A DNA stretch of 64,000 nucleotides, from assembly GCA_964552045.1 (NCBI GenBank), contig CAZKFF010000001.1, positions 64,120 through 128,119 on the forward strand, given 5' to 3'. Under the pieces are notes generated by a model. The model saw only the letters and a list, made by a program, of their open reading frames with translations. It was not told the origin of the DNA and ran no database searches. The position numbers and the translations under genes are program-made. The stretch is from an uncultured Candidatus Saccharibacteria bacterium (GTDB lineage: Bacteria > Patescibacteriota > Minisyncoccia > Phycocordibacterales > UBA918). This document shows, in pieces, positions 48,278 through 60,500 of this stretch; positions within the stretch are counted from its first letter, which is position 1; the number at the start of each line of letters is the position of its first letter.

Positions 48278-48964
48278 CTAGTTAGTTGTGGCGGTCAACG
48301 TAGCAGTTGCTGTGTAAAATCCGGTTGAAACTGCAGGACTTGGATTGGAAGGCACCAGAACGCGGAAGCCGATTGTGGTTGTTGCTCCTGAAAGCGGTGT
48401 TGCGGTACTTCGACTAATGATCGTTTCTGCTGCGTCATCAGGATCGAGCCAACATGTGTTTGCCGTATCCCCGGAACCAGTATTACATGCAGAGCCATTG
48501 TCTGCGAACGAAGGATCAAGATCAGAAGATGATGAGGCTGCGACCGTATAACCAAACTGTGCATACGTCTCAGCGCCGAAACCATAATCCGGTACGCCGA
48601 CAGCTGTTGGATTGTAGTTTGAGATATATCCTCCGCCGCCATCCTTTGTCATGGCAGTCGTGCTTGAAAATGCGATGGTCATATTATAGCCGGCTGTATT
48701 GTTGGTATTCACGCGGACCGTATACGAACCGTCTGATTGACCTCCAGTGAGACCAGCAATGTTTGGAGACATAACCACATCAGTTGATGTTGCGATGAAG
48801 GCGATCTCAGCAGTGATCTCCTGGGTCACTTCAAATGTATCGGTTGCCTGAGCCAGTCCTACCTGCGGCTCAAGCATGAAGAATGAAGCAAGCGCCAACA
48901 GCGACGCGAGCGTTGCGGCAACCAGTGCGCCAAAGGTTGAATGCCTGATAAGTGTAAGGGTCAT
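48278..48964 (-). CDS. Secreted WxL/Csu-like beta-sandwich protein (candidate major subunit)
   Basis: Signal peptide; VRVNTNNTAGYNMTI, C..CW, GFYTATATLTATTN. Confidence 0.7.
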   Translation of the reverse strand: MTLTLIRHSTFGALVAATLASLLALASFFMLEPQVGLAQATDTFEVTQEITAEIAFIATSTDVVMSPNIAGLTGGQSDGSYTVRVNTNNTAGYNMTIAFSSTTAMTKDGGGGYISNYNPTAVGVPDYGFGAETYAQFGYTVAASSSSDLDPSFADNGSACNTGSGDTANTCWLDPDDAAETIISRSTATPLSGATTTIGFRVLVPSNPSPAVSTGFYTATATLTATTN

Positions 48965-49065
48965 ACGTTGTTGTGTGTTTATGATTAACTTCCTTTAATT
49001 ATAGGGTGGATTTGCTCTCTCTTCCCTCTCTTTTTGGCTCTTCTGTGGATTACTTTGCAGGCAAT

Positions 49066-49097
49066 AAATAAGGACACTTTATAAAGTGTCCTTATTT
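49066..49097. terminator. Perfect 32-bp palindrome, probable terminator
   Basis: AAATAAGGACACTTTATAAAGTGTCCTTATTT equals its own reverse complement. Confidence 0.65.
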
Positions 49098-49119
49098 TGT
49101 GGCCCAATCCTACTACGGA

Positions 49120-50355
49120 TTATGTCTCCTGCGAGGTCGGCAAGACCTTGACCGTTGCCTCAGCCGATCGCGTTGTGGAGCCAAGTGTGCATTCGAGCGT
49201 GTACGTTGATTCCGAAGTGATGCCGACCACTGTTCCCTCTCCTTTAACCTCTGTTACAGACATGCCAGGGCCTTTCACGGTACAATTTTCCGCATTGCCT
49301 CCGTCCCAAGTGACCGTCACCTCACCTCCATAACGGATAAGTCCAGGCACAGCACTGATAGATATGTTGGACATCGTCAATGGATTATCTACCGCACAAG
49401 ACAAGTAGGTATATGCGCTGCTGCCGGAAAGTGTACCGTCGGTACAGGTACGGTTTATTGAGCTGCATGTTTCGCCGTCCGGAACCAGATTTTCATCGTA
49501 CAGTTTGCGGGTCGAACCATCGGCTATAGTGACGCCATTGACCGAACAATCTCTTTTGACCGTCGGGGTCGGCGACGAAGGCTGCGCTGGCGTCTGCGTT
49601 GCTGGTGTCGGGGTTGTCTTTGGAGTTGTTTTCGGCGTCGGTGCCGGGTCAATGGTACATGAGGAGTACTTGAACTTGTTCTTTCCGGAAAGATCGCCAT
49701 CGTCACATGTGCGTTTTATGAATTCGCATGTCTTTCCATAGTCAACATTCCGGTCCTTGTAGAATTTCCTCGATTTCCCGTCCTTTACCGTGACGCCATC
49801 AAGTTTGCAATCCTTCGGTTTTTCGCACACGAGCTCAGTGGTGCTCCAGGAGAAGAAGAATAATTGGTGCTTTACTGTCTTCTGTTCGCACCAGCTCTCC
49901 TTATAACAGGTTCCTTGGTAGAGGACGTATCCATTTTTACATTGCGGCGTCGGTGTGCGGGGTGTGGGATTATTCGGCGTCGGATCATCATTATTCAAAC
50001 CACAGGGGTCGTTTGGACCAGAACAGGCACTCGGTGTGCCACCATATGAGGCCTCTGAGGGACTCTGCGAGTATGAACCCTGACGGTAATATGAACTCTG
50101 CGAATACCCACTGGGAAGTGTCGCAGATATGGGCGAGGGAACGCCGAAACCTGTATCTGTTCCGGTTAAACCACCCGCATTGCATGACGGACAGCCCGAA
50201 TCAGAGAGTGCACCCGATGGATTGCCCGCCGTGCCACTATTGACCAGTGCCCGCTGATCCTCGTCGGTAAGCCGCGCGTTAGCAATTATGGGCATCGCGT
50301 ATAGCAATACGAGGGCGAAGCAAATGTAAACGTACGGACGTAAATATTTATTCAT
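49120..50355 (-). CDS. Secreted Cys-rich protein with short YSQxxY motif, two DCxxxGVT repeats and a C-terminal Ig-like domain
   Basis: Signal ending ANA; YSQSSY YRQGSY at 50071-50106; DCKLDGVTVKDG...RTCDDG and DCSVNGVTIADG...RTCTDG. Confidence 0.8.
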   Translation of the reverse strand: MNKYLRPYVYICFALVLLYAMPIIANARLTDEDQRALVNSGTAGNPSGALSDSGCPSCNAGGLTGTDTGFGVPSPISATLPSGYSQSSYYRQGSYSQSPSEASYGGTPSACSGPNDPCGLNNDDPTPNNPTPRTPTPQCKNGYVLYQGTCYKESWCEQKTVKHQLFFFSWSTTELVCEKPKDCKLDGVTVKDGKSRKFYKDRNVDYGKTCEFIKRTCDDGDLSGKNKFKYSSCTIDPAPTPKTTPKTTPTPATQTPAQPSSPTPTVKRDCSVNGVTIADGSTRKLYDENLVPDGETCSSINRTCTDGTLSGSSAYTYLSCAVDNPLTMSNISISAVPGLIRYGGEVTVTWDGGNAENCTVKGPGMSVTEVKGEGTVVGITSESTYTLECTLGSTTRSAEATVKVLPTSQET

Positions 50356-50366
50356 ATGATCAGGGG

Positions 50367-51440
50367 TTATTCGATCCAGTCACTTACAATGATACTCGAC
50401 TGCGGGAATGCATTGAGCGGTGTCACGGTAGTCACCACTCCGGAAAGCAAGTTCAAAAGTGTCAGTCTCCTATTTTCTGCTTCCGCTCCTGATGCTGGTG
50501 CCCAATCGACCTGTTCGAACGCAAGCCATTGGCTGTCCGGAGAAAAGACCGGCCAGAAAGCCTGTATATCATGAACCTCGCTTTCTCCCAGCGTGAACGG
50601 AGCCCATGAGGTGATGGCAGATACCGATACTGTCTGCACGAATGCATCGGTCATAGCCAGCATTTTCCCATCCGGAGATATATCGAACATGCGTTCAGTC
50701 GAAACCAGATTTTCATCCAAAACTACAGCGAGTCTGTCCTGTTTGTTTGTCACGGAGTACGCATGCACACCGTCATTCGCCAGATAAACAATCTGCGAAC
50801 CATCCGGAGAGAAGCGCGCATTATACCCGTGCGCTATAAATTGCGGTTCTTGTACATCCTGCACCAGATATATGCTCCAAGTGCTCGGCAAGTAGTACGC
50901 TTTTGTGTCTGTCGATTTCTCGGGCGGAACTTCGAAAGTGTATGACGCGCCTGTTGGTGCCTGCCGGACATTCCAGAAAGGTCTCTGTGCTGTTGTGGAC
51001 GCATACAAGACCTCATCACCGAGAGTGTCTTTAAGGGTACGGAACACAGCTACTTCGGGCGTGGCGCTCTTTACGAGAAAACCTGACCCAAGTGCGGTCT
51101 GTTTGTCGTTTGACACACTTGGCATGAAGTAATTGAAGAGTGAACGTTCGAGAGTTGACTTACCCAGGTCGAAGACAGCGAATATCGTTCCACTCGCATG
51201 TGGTTCCTGCAGGTTAAGCAGTATCTGACCCGACGGTGGCTCCATAGACTCTTCTGGAAGATCTGTATCCTCATCCATTTCAGAATACGTGTTCGTGAGT
51301 ACTGGCCCGGCAGGATTCCAGACGATCTTGATACCGATCACAATAGAAAGCAGGAGCAGAAACAACAAGAAGCATACGAGAACTATACCCAAGATGTTGC
51401 GTGTGGGCTCTTGCGGCTCTCGTGTATAGAGAAGGCTCAT
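50367..51440 (-). CDS. Membrane-anchored TolB/PD40-like beta-propeller protein
   Basis: N-terminal TM; ARFSPDG, DISPDG, PVFSPDS repeats. Confidence 0.8.
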   Translation of the reverse strand: MSLLYTREPQEPTRNILGIVLVCFLLFLLLLSIVIGIKIVWNPAGPVLTNTYSEMDEDTDLPEESMEPPSGQILLNLQEPHASGTIFAVFDLGKSTLERSLFNYFMPSVSNDKQTALGSGFLVKSATPEVAVFRTLKDTLGDEVLYASTTAQRPFWNVRQAPTGASYTFEVPPEKSTDTKAYYLPSTWSIYLVQDVQEPQFIAHGYNARFSPDGSQIVYLANDGVHAYSVTNKQDRLAVVLDENLVSTERMFDISPDGKMLAMTDAFVQTVSVSAITSWAPFTLGESEVHDIQAFWPVFSPDSQWLAFEQVDWAPASGAEAENRRLTLLNLLSGVVTTVTPLNAFPQSSIIVSDWIE

Positions 51441-51599
51441 AAAGTATGTAGCGCACCTACAGACAGCACAATCAATGATAAGCATCGCTGTGGGTATTCT
51501 GCATCTGCGCTTAAACTCTCCCTATAGTATAAGCCACATCCCTAACTCATGCGCTGTAAAAGGAAGGGCGGATGTGGATTACTCCCAAAGTGAGTGGGG

Positions 51600-54500
51600 C
51601 TATATTTCGCCGCCGCCGCCGCCACCGCCGCCGCCTGCCTGGGTATACGGCTTTACCTGAATGGCATCGACCTTGACCGTATTCTGATCCGGCTGGTCAA
51701 TGACACGGACGAAGAAGTTGCCGCCTGAGAGGTCACTTGGACTCCAGCTGCGGCCCCAGGTATCGGACGCACCGCCGAGCGTATAGACTGCGTCGCTTCC
51801 CGTGAGCACGGATGTTGCCTTTGTCGCCGTCACACTTTCGTCGCCATTCCAGGAAAGTGCCACCTGAATCGTTCCCGCCCCGGTTGAACCGGACGCTTCA
51901 AGCTTCACTTCGATACCGGTCACCGTATTCCCTGCCGGCACATTGAAGCCGAAGACACTGTACGACTGACGAAGGTCCGCCGATGCAGCCGTTGCGTAGA
52001 CGTCGTCGGAGGTAAGCGCATTGCTGCCGTTTGTCCACTCATTGTAGAGTTCTCCGGTTGCGGTCGGCGCTTTGAAGCCGGGTTCGTTGCCAATCTGCTC
52101 TCCATTATCCTCTTCCCCTACTCCGCCGCCGCCGTTGTTGCCGCCGCCGCCGATGTCACCATCACCTTCTGGTGCATCGTCTCCCACTTCAGCGCTGAAG
52201 AGACTGCCGCCGCCCTTATTGCCGCCGCGGATATGCTGCACTGAGGTCACACCTCCGAGCGGGACAACAACTCCTTCAGTCGTCGCGCCCGTGCCGGTAA
52301 CACCGTTACGATTGAGGTCAATGGTCAGATACTCATTGGTATGTACGCCCGTGACATCTCCCGTAAGGACATAGTCTTTGGTCGTCGTTGCATCCCATGA
52401 TGTTGAGAATGTTATTGTCCCTGATTGTCCCGTGATGGCTAACACGCCAGTGCCGCCGATCTGGTTGTCAGAAGCGTCTGCCGTACCGTTGCTGTTATTG
52501 TCGCGGTAGAGCTTAAAGTCCCCAATATTACTGCTATCGATACGATGGATGCCGGAGAGTGTAAATACAGCTGACGTGATCGTTGCATTCTCTCCAACAG
52601 GTGCAAGATTAAAGGCAAACAATGGTTCGTCGCTCTTGTTCTGGTAGCTGAATGCATTGTCGATCTGACCAGCGGTGTGATCTGCAAGGTTTGCTGCACC
52701 ATAGATAGCCACAGTCTTATCATCATGAACGCCAGTAGCTGCCACAGGATCAAGTGTATAAGCGTTGATATCGTCACCCGTATAACCCATCACATAGAGC
52801 GTGGTACCGTCGTTGTTGAAGAGTGCCGCAGCAGGAGCAGATTCCTGTGCGGCGACCGAGAACGCGATCTCGTCGAAGGTCGCCGTTGAGATGTCGTACG
52901 GAGTGGAGAGCGTATAGGCATTGATGTCTTGTCCTGTTAAGCCCACAACATACAATACAGTACCGGTGTTGTTGAAGAATATATCAGAGGGGGCGTTTTC
53001 TTCTGAAAGGACCGAGAACGCGATCTCGTCGAAGGTCGCCGTTGAGATGTCGTACGGAGTGGAGAGCGTATAGGCATTGATCTCCCCACCAGATGCTTGC
53101 ACAACATACAGGACGGTACCGGTGTTGTTGAATTCCATATCATAGGGGAAGGATCCCTCTGCCGAAACCGAGAACGCGATCTCGTCGAAGGTCGCCGTTG
53201 AGATGTCATACGGAGTGGAGAGCGTATAGGTATTGATGTCGAGACCAGAAGTACCCATCACATAAAGAACGGTGCCGGTGTTATTGAAGAGCATTGAACG
53301 GGGGTTGATTTCCTGTGCGGCGACCGAGAGAGCGATCTCGTCGAAGGTGGCAGTTGAGATGTCATACGGAGTGGAGAGCGTATAGGCATTGATGTCATCA
53401 CCGGTAGAACCCATCACATAGAGCGTGGTACCGTTGTTGTTGAAGAGCATTGCACGAGGAGCGTCTTCTTGTGAAGAGACAGAAAGGGAGATTCCATTGA
53501 AGATGGCAGTTGAGACATCGTATGAACCTGACTCTTGATCAACAACAAACGACAGCGTCGATGTTGGCGCAGCAAGTGCGTTAAATTGTGTAAATGAAAG
53601 CCCCGAAATAGTGAGGGTATCCCCTCCTGAGAAGTCATTCGAGACGGGTACGACGAGTGTGGCACCGCTGTCCTCATACGAAACAGGATTAGAGACTTTG
53701 CCTGAGGCGGTTCCTCCAAAGACTGCAGTGGTATCGGTCGTATCCCACTTCATATTTGTCTTTGTAGTGTCAATGGTAATACGAAGGTCATTCGCTGCCG
53801 TAATCGTCGGGGTCTCGGCGTCGGTTATGGTAATGGCGGCAATAGACGTGGTCGCCTGGCCGTATCCAAAGATCTGGTTCGATGCTGAGGAAATCGTCCC
53901 CGCCCCGCCTCCACCTGCTGGCGCTGTGATGTCCCAGCAGTCGTTATTGCCGCTGTCGGTCGAGCTGGCTGCAGTGATGGTGCTTGCGCTGTCGCATGCG
54001 TTTGAGTCCATCACATCGACATACGTAACGGATATCTGGGTATCTGCATCGAGGCCCCACTGGGTTCCGTCCTGTGTTGAACGGAGTACGATCTCGTCAT
54101 TCTCTGCGCCGTCTATCTGTATAGAGGCGAAGGTTGAGGTCGCATCCGCAGGGAATTCCAGAGTAATACCGGGAGTGATCGCTACCAATTTTGCAGCCTC
54201 TACCGGATCAGTGAAGGTGGTGACCGGAACTCCGCCAGTATTGCCGGGCGAAGTCATCACGAGATCGGTACCAGATTGCGCTACCGCAACAAACGTACCG
54301 TTGCCGTAGGTCACTGACCGCCAAGAACTCGCTGCTCCTTCTTGTCGAGCAGTCCACGTGATTCCGTCAGGCGAGGTCATCACTTGATCAGTGCCACCGA
54401 GAGATACCGCAACAAACAGGCCGTTGCCGTAGGAAACGGAATGCCAGAAGGAAGCTTCTGTCGCCGAATGCGAGGTCCACGTGATGCCGTCCTCTGAGCT

Positions 54501-57500
54501 CATGACTCGGTTGGTGCCGGCTTGCGCGACGGCCACGAACGTGCCATTGCCATGCACCACGGAAATCCATGAACTTGCTTCAGCAGCACGTGCCGTCCAG
54601 GTGATGCCGTCAGGAGAGGTCATGACGCGGTTGGTGCCATCTTGAGAAACAGCGACAAATAAGCCATCGCCGTAGGTTACAGAAGTCCATGTGTTCGCCT
54701 CCGTTGCGGATCGTGCCGTCCACGTAATGCCGTCAGGAGAGGTCATGACGCGGTTGGTGCCGTCGGAAGAAACAGCGACAAACAGGTCGTCGCCGTAGGT
54801 GACTGATCGCCACTGGTTCGCTTCTGCGGCTGTGCGTACAGTCCAGGTAATGCCGTCGGGCGAGGTCATGACGCGGTTGGTGCCATCTTGAGAAACAGCA
54901 ACAAATAAGCCATCGCCGTAGGTGACTGATCGCCACTGGTTCGCTGCTGCGGCTGTGCGTGCAGTCCAGGTAATGCCGTCGGGCGAGGTCATGACGCGGT
55001 TGGTGCCCGTGAGTGCTACCGCGACGAACTGGCCGTTGCCGTAGGTGACTGAGTGCCACTGGTTCGCTTCTGCGGCTGTGCGTACTGTCCATGTTTGTCC
55101 GCCTTCGACCACTGGCGTATCCACTGAAGCGACCTCAAGCGTACCGAAGCTGGAGCTGCCGGTCAGGTTCCCACTGAAGGTTTGTGTGCCTCCATGTATG
55201 GTCGTCGTACCGTTCCCCCAGTCTATGGTCCCATTGTTCTCATAATCACCCGCAATCGAGAACTGCGACGGTGCTGTTACATACGTGTCCTCTGTAATGC
55301 TCAAGTCACTGGTCGAAGCATTGTTGGCAAACACCACTTCGCCGAGGAGCTCCCCGTCTGCAGAAGTCATGACGCAGTTTGTGGTACAGGTCGCTCCTGC
55401 GCTTGTCTGCTGTGCAATCGCGACAAATTTATTTTCTCCGTAAACAATATCCCACCATTTATTGACATTTATCGATGCGCGAGGTGTCCAATTTGCTCCA
55501 TTGTCACTAGAGGTCATGATCTGGTTTGTGCCGTCAGGTGAGACCGCAACAAAGAGGCCGCCGCCGTACGTGACTGACTGCCAGCTGTTCGCTTCATATC
55601 CGCTCGATACAATACTCCATGTGATGCCATCCTCTGAGGTCATGACATTATCATAGGCAACCGCGACAAACGTGCCACCGCCGTATCCCAAGCCGTACCA
55701 TGTACTACCCGGCACATTGCGCGATGTCCACGTGATGCCGTCGGGCGAGGTCATGACCAGATCGGTCCCCGTCGATGCGATCGCCACGTAGAGGCCTTCT
55801 CCGTAGACCACTCTCTCCCATTTGTTTGCCGCCGCAGCAGTACGTGCAGTCCACGTGATGCCGTCGGGCGAGGTCATGACGCAGCTGGTGCTGCAGGTGG
55901 CCGTACCATCGATATTGTTGTGGGCAATCGCAACAAACTGCCCTCCTCCATACGTTACCGAGTACCATTCGTTCTGCGCAGCTGCTGACCTGTTGGTCCA
56001 CGTGACTCCGTCAGGTGAGGTCATCACCTGATTGGTGCCGTTGCCAGCAACCGCAACAAACAGGCCTTCGCCATAGGTCAGGCTATTCCACGAGTTCGCC
56101 TGCGATGCTGAACGAGAGGTCCACGTGATGCCGTCAGGCGAGGTCATGACGCGGTTGGTGCCCGTGTATGCAAGCGCAACAAATGTGCCGTTGCCGTAGG
56201 TTATCGCAGACCAGGTACTGTTCTCCGATTGATTTTGTGCTGTCCAGTTCGCCCCGTCCGGTACGAACAGCTGCGGGGCATCAATGGTAATATCGTTGAA
56301 TGCCGAGCTTCCCGTCATGTTGCCCGAGAGAGTTGTCGTACCCGTGTAGGTTGTGGTTTCTGAGTAATCAAGACTGTACGGGAAAATATCCGAGGCAGAC
56401 TCTCCGTGGACATACATCTTCGAACCGTCGGGTTTGAACTCAAAACCATCAGGGAAGTCCTCCTGACTCGTAACCGAGATTGAAGTTCCGTCATATACTG
56501 CCGTGGTGACATCCCACGGGGTTGAAAGCGTGTATGGGGAGATATAGTCGTTGAGATAACCGCTGACGAACATCTTCGTTCCATCGTCGTTGAAGGCCAC
56601 ATCCTGGATATTCGTCTGCTGTGTATTGACCGAGAAGGACTTGCTGTCGTAGCTCGCACTTGAGATATCCCACGGGGTTGAAAGCGTATACGAATAGACC
56701 CGATTGTTTGCATCACCGCCGATGTACATGCGCGTGCCATCCTGCTTGAAGGTCATACCGAATGGTGTTGCATCCTGCGTCGTTACTGAAAAACTGACAC
56801 TGTCGTAGCTTGCTGTGGTGACATCCCATGCAGAAGACAGTGTGTACTGGAAGACGCGGTCATTGCCGGAACCGAGCGCAAACATCTTCGTACCGTCGCT
56901 TGAGAACGAGACTTTTTCGACAAAGCTATCCTGGGATGCAGTTGAGAATTCATTGACGTAACTCGCTGTGGTGACATCCCATGCAGAAGACAGCGAGTAT
57001 TCGGCAACGGCATCGCTGTTGTAGCCGTTGATGAAGAATTTCGTGCCGTCAGGCTTGAATGCGAGGCTTGTCACCTGCGACTCCTGCGAGGTCACCGAGT
57101 ACGCCACACCATCATAGGTTGCGGTGGTGATGTCCCAACTGGCAATCGCTGTTGTTGACGCTGTGGTGGTCCCGACAATATAGGTGAGGCCGCTTCCGCT
57201 GTCGAAGGTGCCGTTATTGGTGTAGTCGCCGGTTATGGTGAGCACCTCCGGCGCTTCCACAGTCGCGCCCGAAGCGATCGTAAAGTCGCTCGTCGAGGCA
57301 TTATCAGAGAACGTCTTAGTGCCATTTCCGGAGAAAGAGACTGCATTGAATGCGCTCGATCCGGTCATGCCGCCCGAAAACGCTTGTATGCCTGAACCGT
57401 CGAAATTGACGATACCGTTATGATGCGCGAAGACGCCGGTGTTCGCATAGTCGCCAGAGATCGTCAATTCAGCCGGAGCGATAAGCGTCGTCTGTCCGCC

Positions 57501-60500
57501 GATGGTGAGATCAGTTGTGGATGCTGTGGAACTAAGACTGATCGTATTGCCGTATGTACCGTCGCTGGAGTAGAGAACCTGATTGGTCCCATCCGTACTT
57601 GCCGACACAAACTTCCCCTCACCATAGGTCATCGAAATGAAGAAGTTCGTATTGGGAGTCGTGACCTCAGTCCACGTGATGCCGTCAGGCGAGATCATAA
57701 GGTATGTACTGCCCGTGAGCGGGTCTCCCAGTGCGGCAAAATATCCACCGCCGTACGCAAGTCCATACCAATCGGAATTGCCCGGAGTTATTCTCGTAGT
57801 CCACGTGATGCCGTCCTCTGAGGACATAGCGGTATCGGTCTCACTGACCGCAACGAATCTCCCTTCTCCATACACAACCCGCTGCCATCCGCTCGCGCTA
57901 GCCGCACTGCGGCTGGTCCAGGTAATGCCATCGGGTGAGGTCATCACGCGGTCAGAACCGGTACTCGCGACCGCCACGAAGAGGCCGTTGCCATAGGTCA
58001 CGTTTTTCCATTGATTTGCCTCAGGCGCGACCACCCCCGTCCAAATGATGCCATCTTCAGAGACCATCACGCGATATCCGCCGCCAGTAGTGTTACAGCT
58101 TGATGCATTCACGCCGCAGGCCACTGCTACGAAGAGGCCATTGCCGTAGGTGACGCTACTCCAGTTGTTCATCGCAGCTGCGGTACGGCTGGTCCAGGTA
58201 ATGCCGTCAGGCGAGGTCATGACGCGATTCGATCCAGTACTGGCGACTGCCACAAACAATCCGTCTCCATAGGTAACCCACTGCCATGAGTCTCCAACCG
58301 GCTGGGTTCGCGTAGTCCAGGTGACCCCGTCTGGAGATGACATGACATCTCCGTCCCATGAGACCGCTACGAAGGTTCCCCCACCGTACGTGATTGCGCT
58401 CCATTGTGATGATTTTGATGCGCTTCCCTCTTGCCATACGGCTGCACTATTAAAGAATTCACCCGATGAGGTGGCGGTCACATTGCCGAGTGTAGATGAG
58501 CCAGTGAGTGTTCCTGACACCGTACTGCTGCCCGTGATCACCAGTAGGCCATCATTTGAAAAGGTTCCGTTATTGATGAGGTTGCCGTTGACGGTGAGCG
58601 TTCCCGACGGGGCATTCAGTGCAGCCGTACCGCCGATGGTGAGATCGGAGGTCTCCGCGTCGTCCGCGAAGGTGATGTCGCTGTCCTCTGCACTGATTGT
58701 GAACACATTGAAGGCGTTCTCCCCCGTCATATTCCCTGCAAAGACCTTATCAGTGTCCGGCGTTCCGGTGCCTTCTGTTCCTGTCGTGTACTGGTACACC
58801 GCATCATCATCAATATCGAGTATGAACATCTTTACGCCGTCATCGCTGAACTTCACCTGCAATCCTCCACTGACCTGTGCTATTGGCGAGAAGCTGTTCG
58901 TGTAGCTTGCAGTACTGATATCAAAAGGCGTAGAAAGTGTATATCCGTACACATCCTGCCACCCGAAGAAAAAGAGTTTGGTTCCGTCAGTACTGAAATG
59001 TATACCTGAAACACTCGTATCCTGTGCCGAGAAAGAGAAACTCTCTTCATATACGGCAGTTGATACATCCCATGCCGGAGAAAGGGTGTATGCATGGATA
59101 CTGTCGCTGTTATCGCCAGCGATATACAAGCGTGTTCCGTCTGCGTTGAATGCAAGACCAAAAGGTTTTGTTTCTTCTGTGAAGAAGAACGCGTCTACAT
59201 AGGTTGCAGTAGTGATGTCGTACGGGGTGGAGAGCGACAGTTCTGCGACCGCATCACTTGAGTCCCCAGTGAAATACACTTTTGTACCGTCGTCCTTTAC
59301 GTATACCGCATTCGGAAAATCATCAAGTCCACCCACATTGAATGCGCCCTGGTATGAAGCGGTGCTGATATCCCACGGGGTACCCAGCGTGTACCAGCGG
59401 ATATTGTCAGCATCATAGCCAAGCACATAAAGATGTTCCCCATCACGGCTAAAATCCATTCCGTAGGCATTGGTTTCAGTAACGCCGAGCGAGACCGCGT
59501 CATACGAAGCGCTTGAGAGATCGTAGCCAACTGTATTGTTCTCCACCGCGACAGTCACTGTTCCATCGCCAGCGGTAAATACGCCGTCATTGGTGTAGTC
59601 TCCGTTGATCGTCAATACGGACGGAGCTACGACAGTCGAGGTTGCGGTGATAGAAAGATCGTTCACTTCCGCATCTGTTGAAAATGTCTGTGTCGTCAGG
59701 GCGTACGAACCGCTCTCTGAGGTCATGACTCGATCAGTACCATCAAGCGAGACCGCGACGAACTTCCCTTCCGCAAAGGTGACCGAACTCAGTGAATTTG
59801 CAACAGGCGTAGTTGCAAGCGACCACGTGATGCCGTCGGGTGAGGTCATGATACGGTCGTTTGTCGTATGGAAGCTTGAGACCGCTACATAGACCCCACC
59901 TCCGTATGCCACATCAACAACATTGCTGATGTCCGGCTTCGTGCGCGAGGTCCAGGTGGTGCCGTCTTGCGAGGTCATGATGTCTCCCCCCCATGAAGTG
60001 GCCACGAAGAGGCCGTTGCCGTAGCCGAGTCCGACCCATTGTTGGGCCGACGCAGCGGTGCGATTCGTCCAGGTGGTGCCGTCAGGTGAGGTCATAACGC
60101 GGTTCGTACCATCCTGAGCGACGGCGACGAAGATGTTGTTCCCATATGCCACACTATTCCATGTGTTCGCCTGGGAAGCGCTCTTCATGCTCCAGGTGAT
60201 GCCGTCGGGCGAGGTCATGACACGATCGGTCCCCGAGCCCGCGACTGCGACGAAGGTGCCGTTGCCATAGGCGACGGATTTCCACGCGCTCAGGCTGACG
60301 CTCGTCGTATCCCATGTAATGCCGTCGCTCGAATATGCCGCCCGATCGGTTCCGTCGCTCGAGACGGCGACAAACGTATCATTTCCGAATGTGACGGATT
60401 CCCACGTGTTGTCAGGGAGTGAATCGTCGTGCTCTACCCAATTCTCGCCATCAGTTGAAGTCATAACGCCCGTGCCGCTTCCGACTGTCACAAACAGTCC

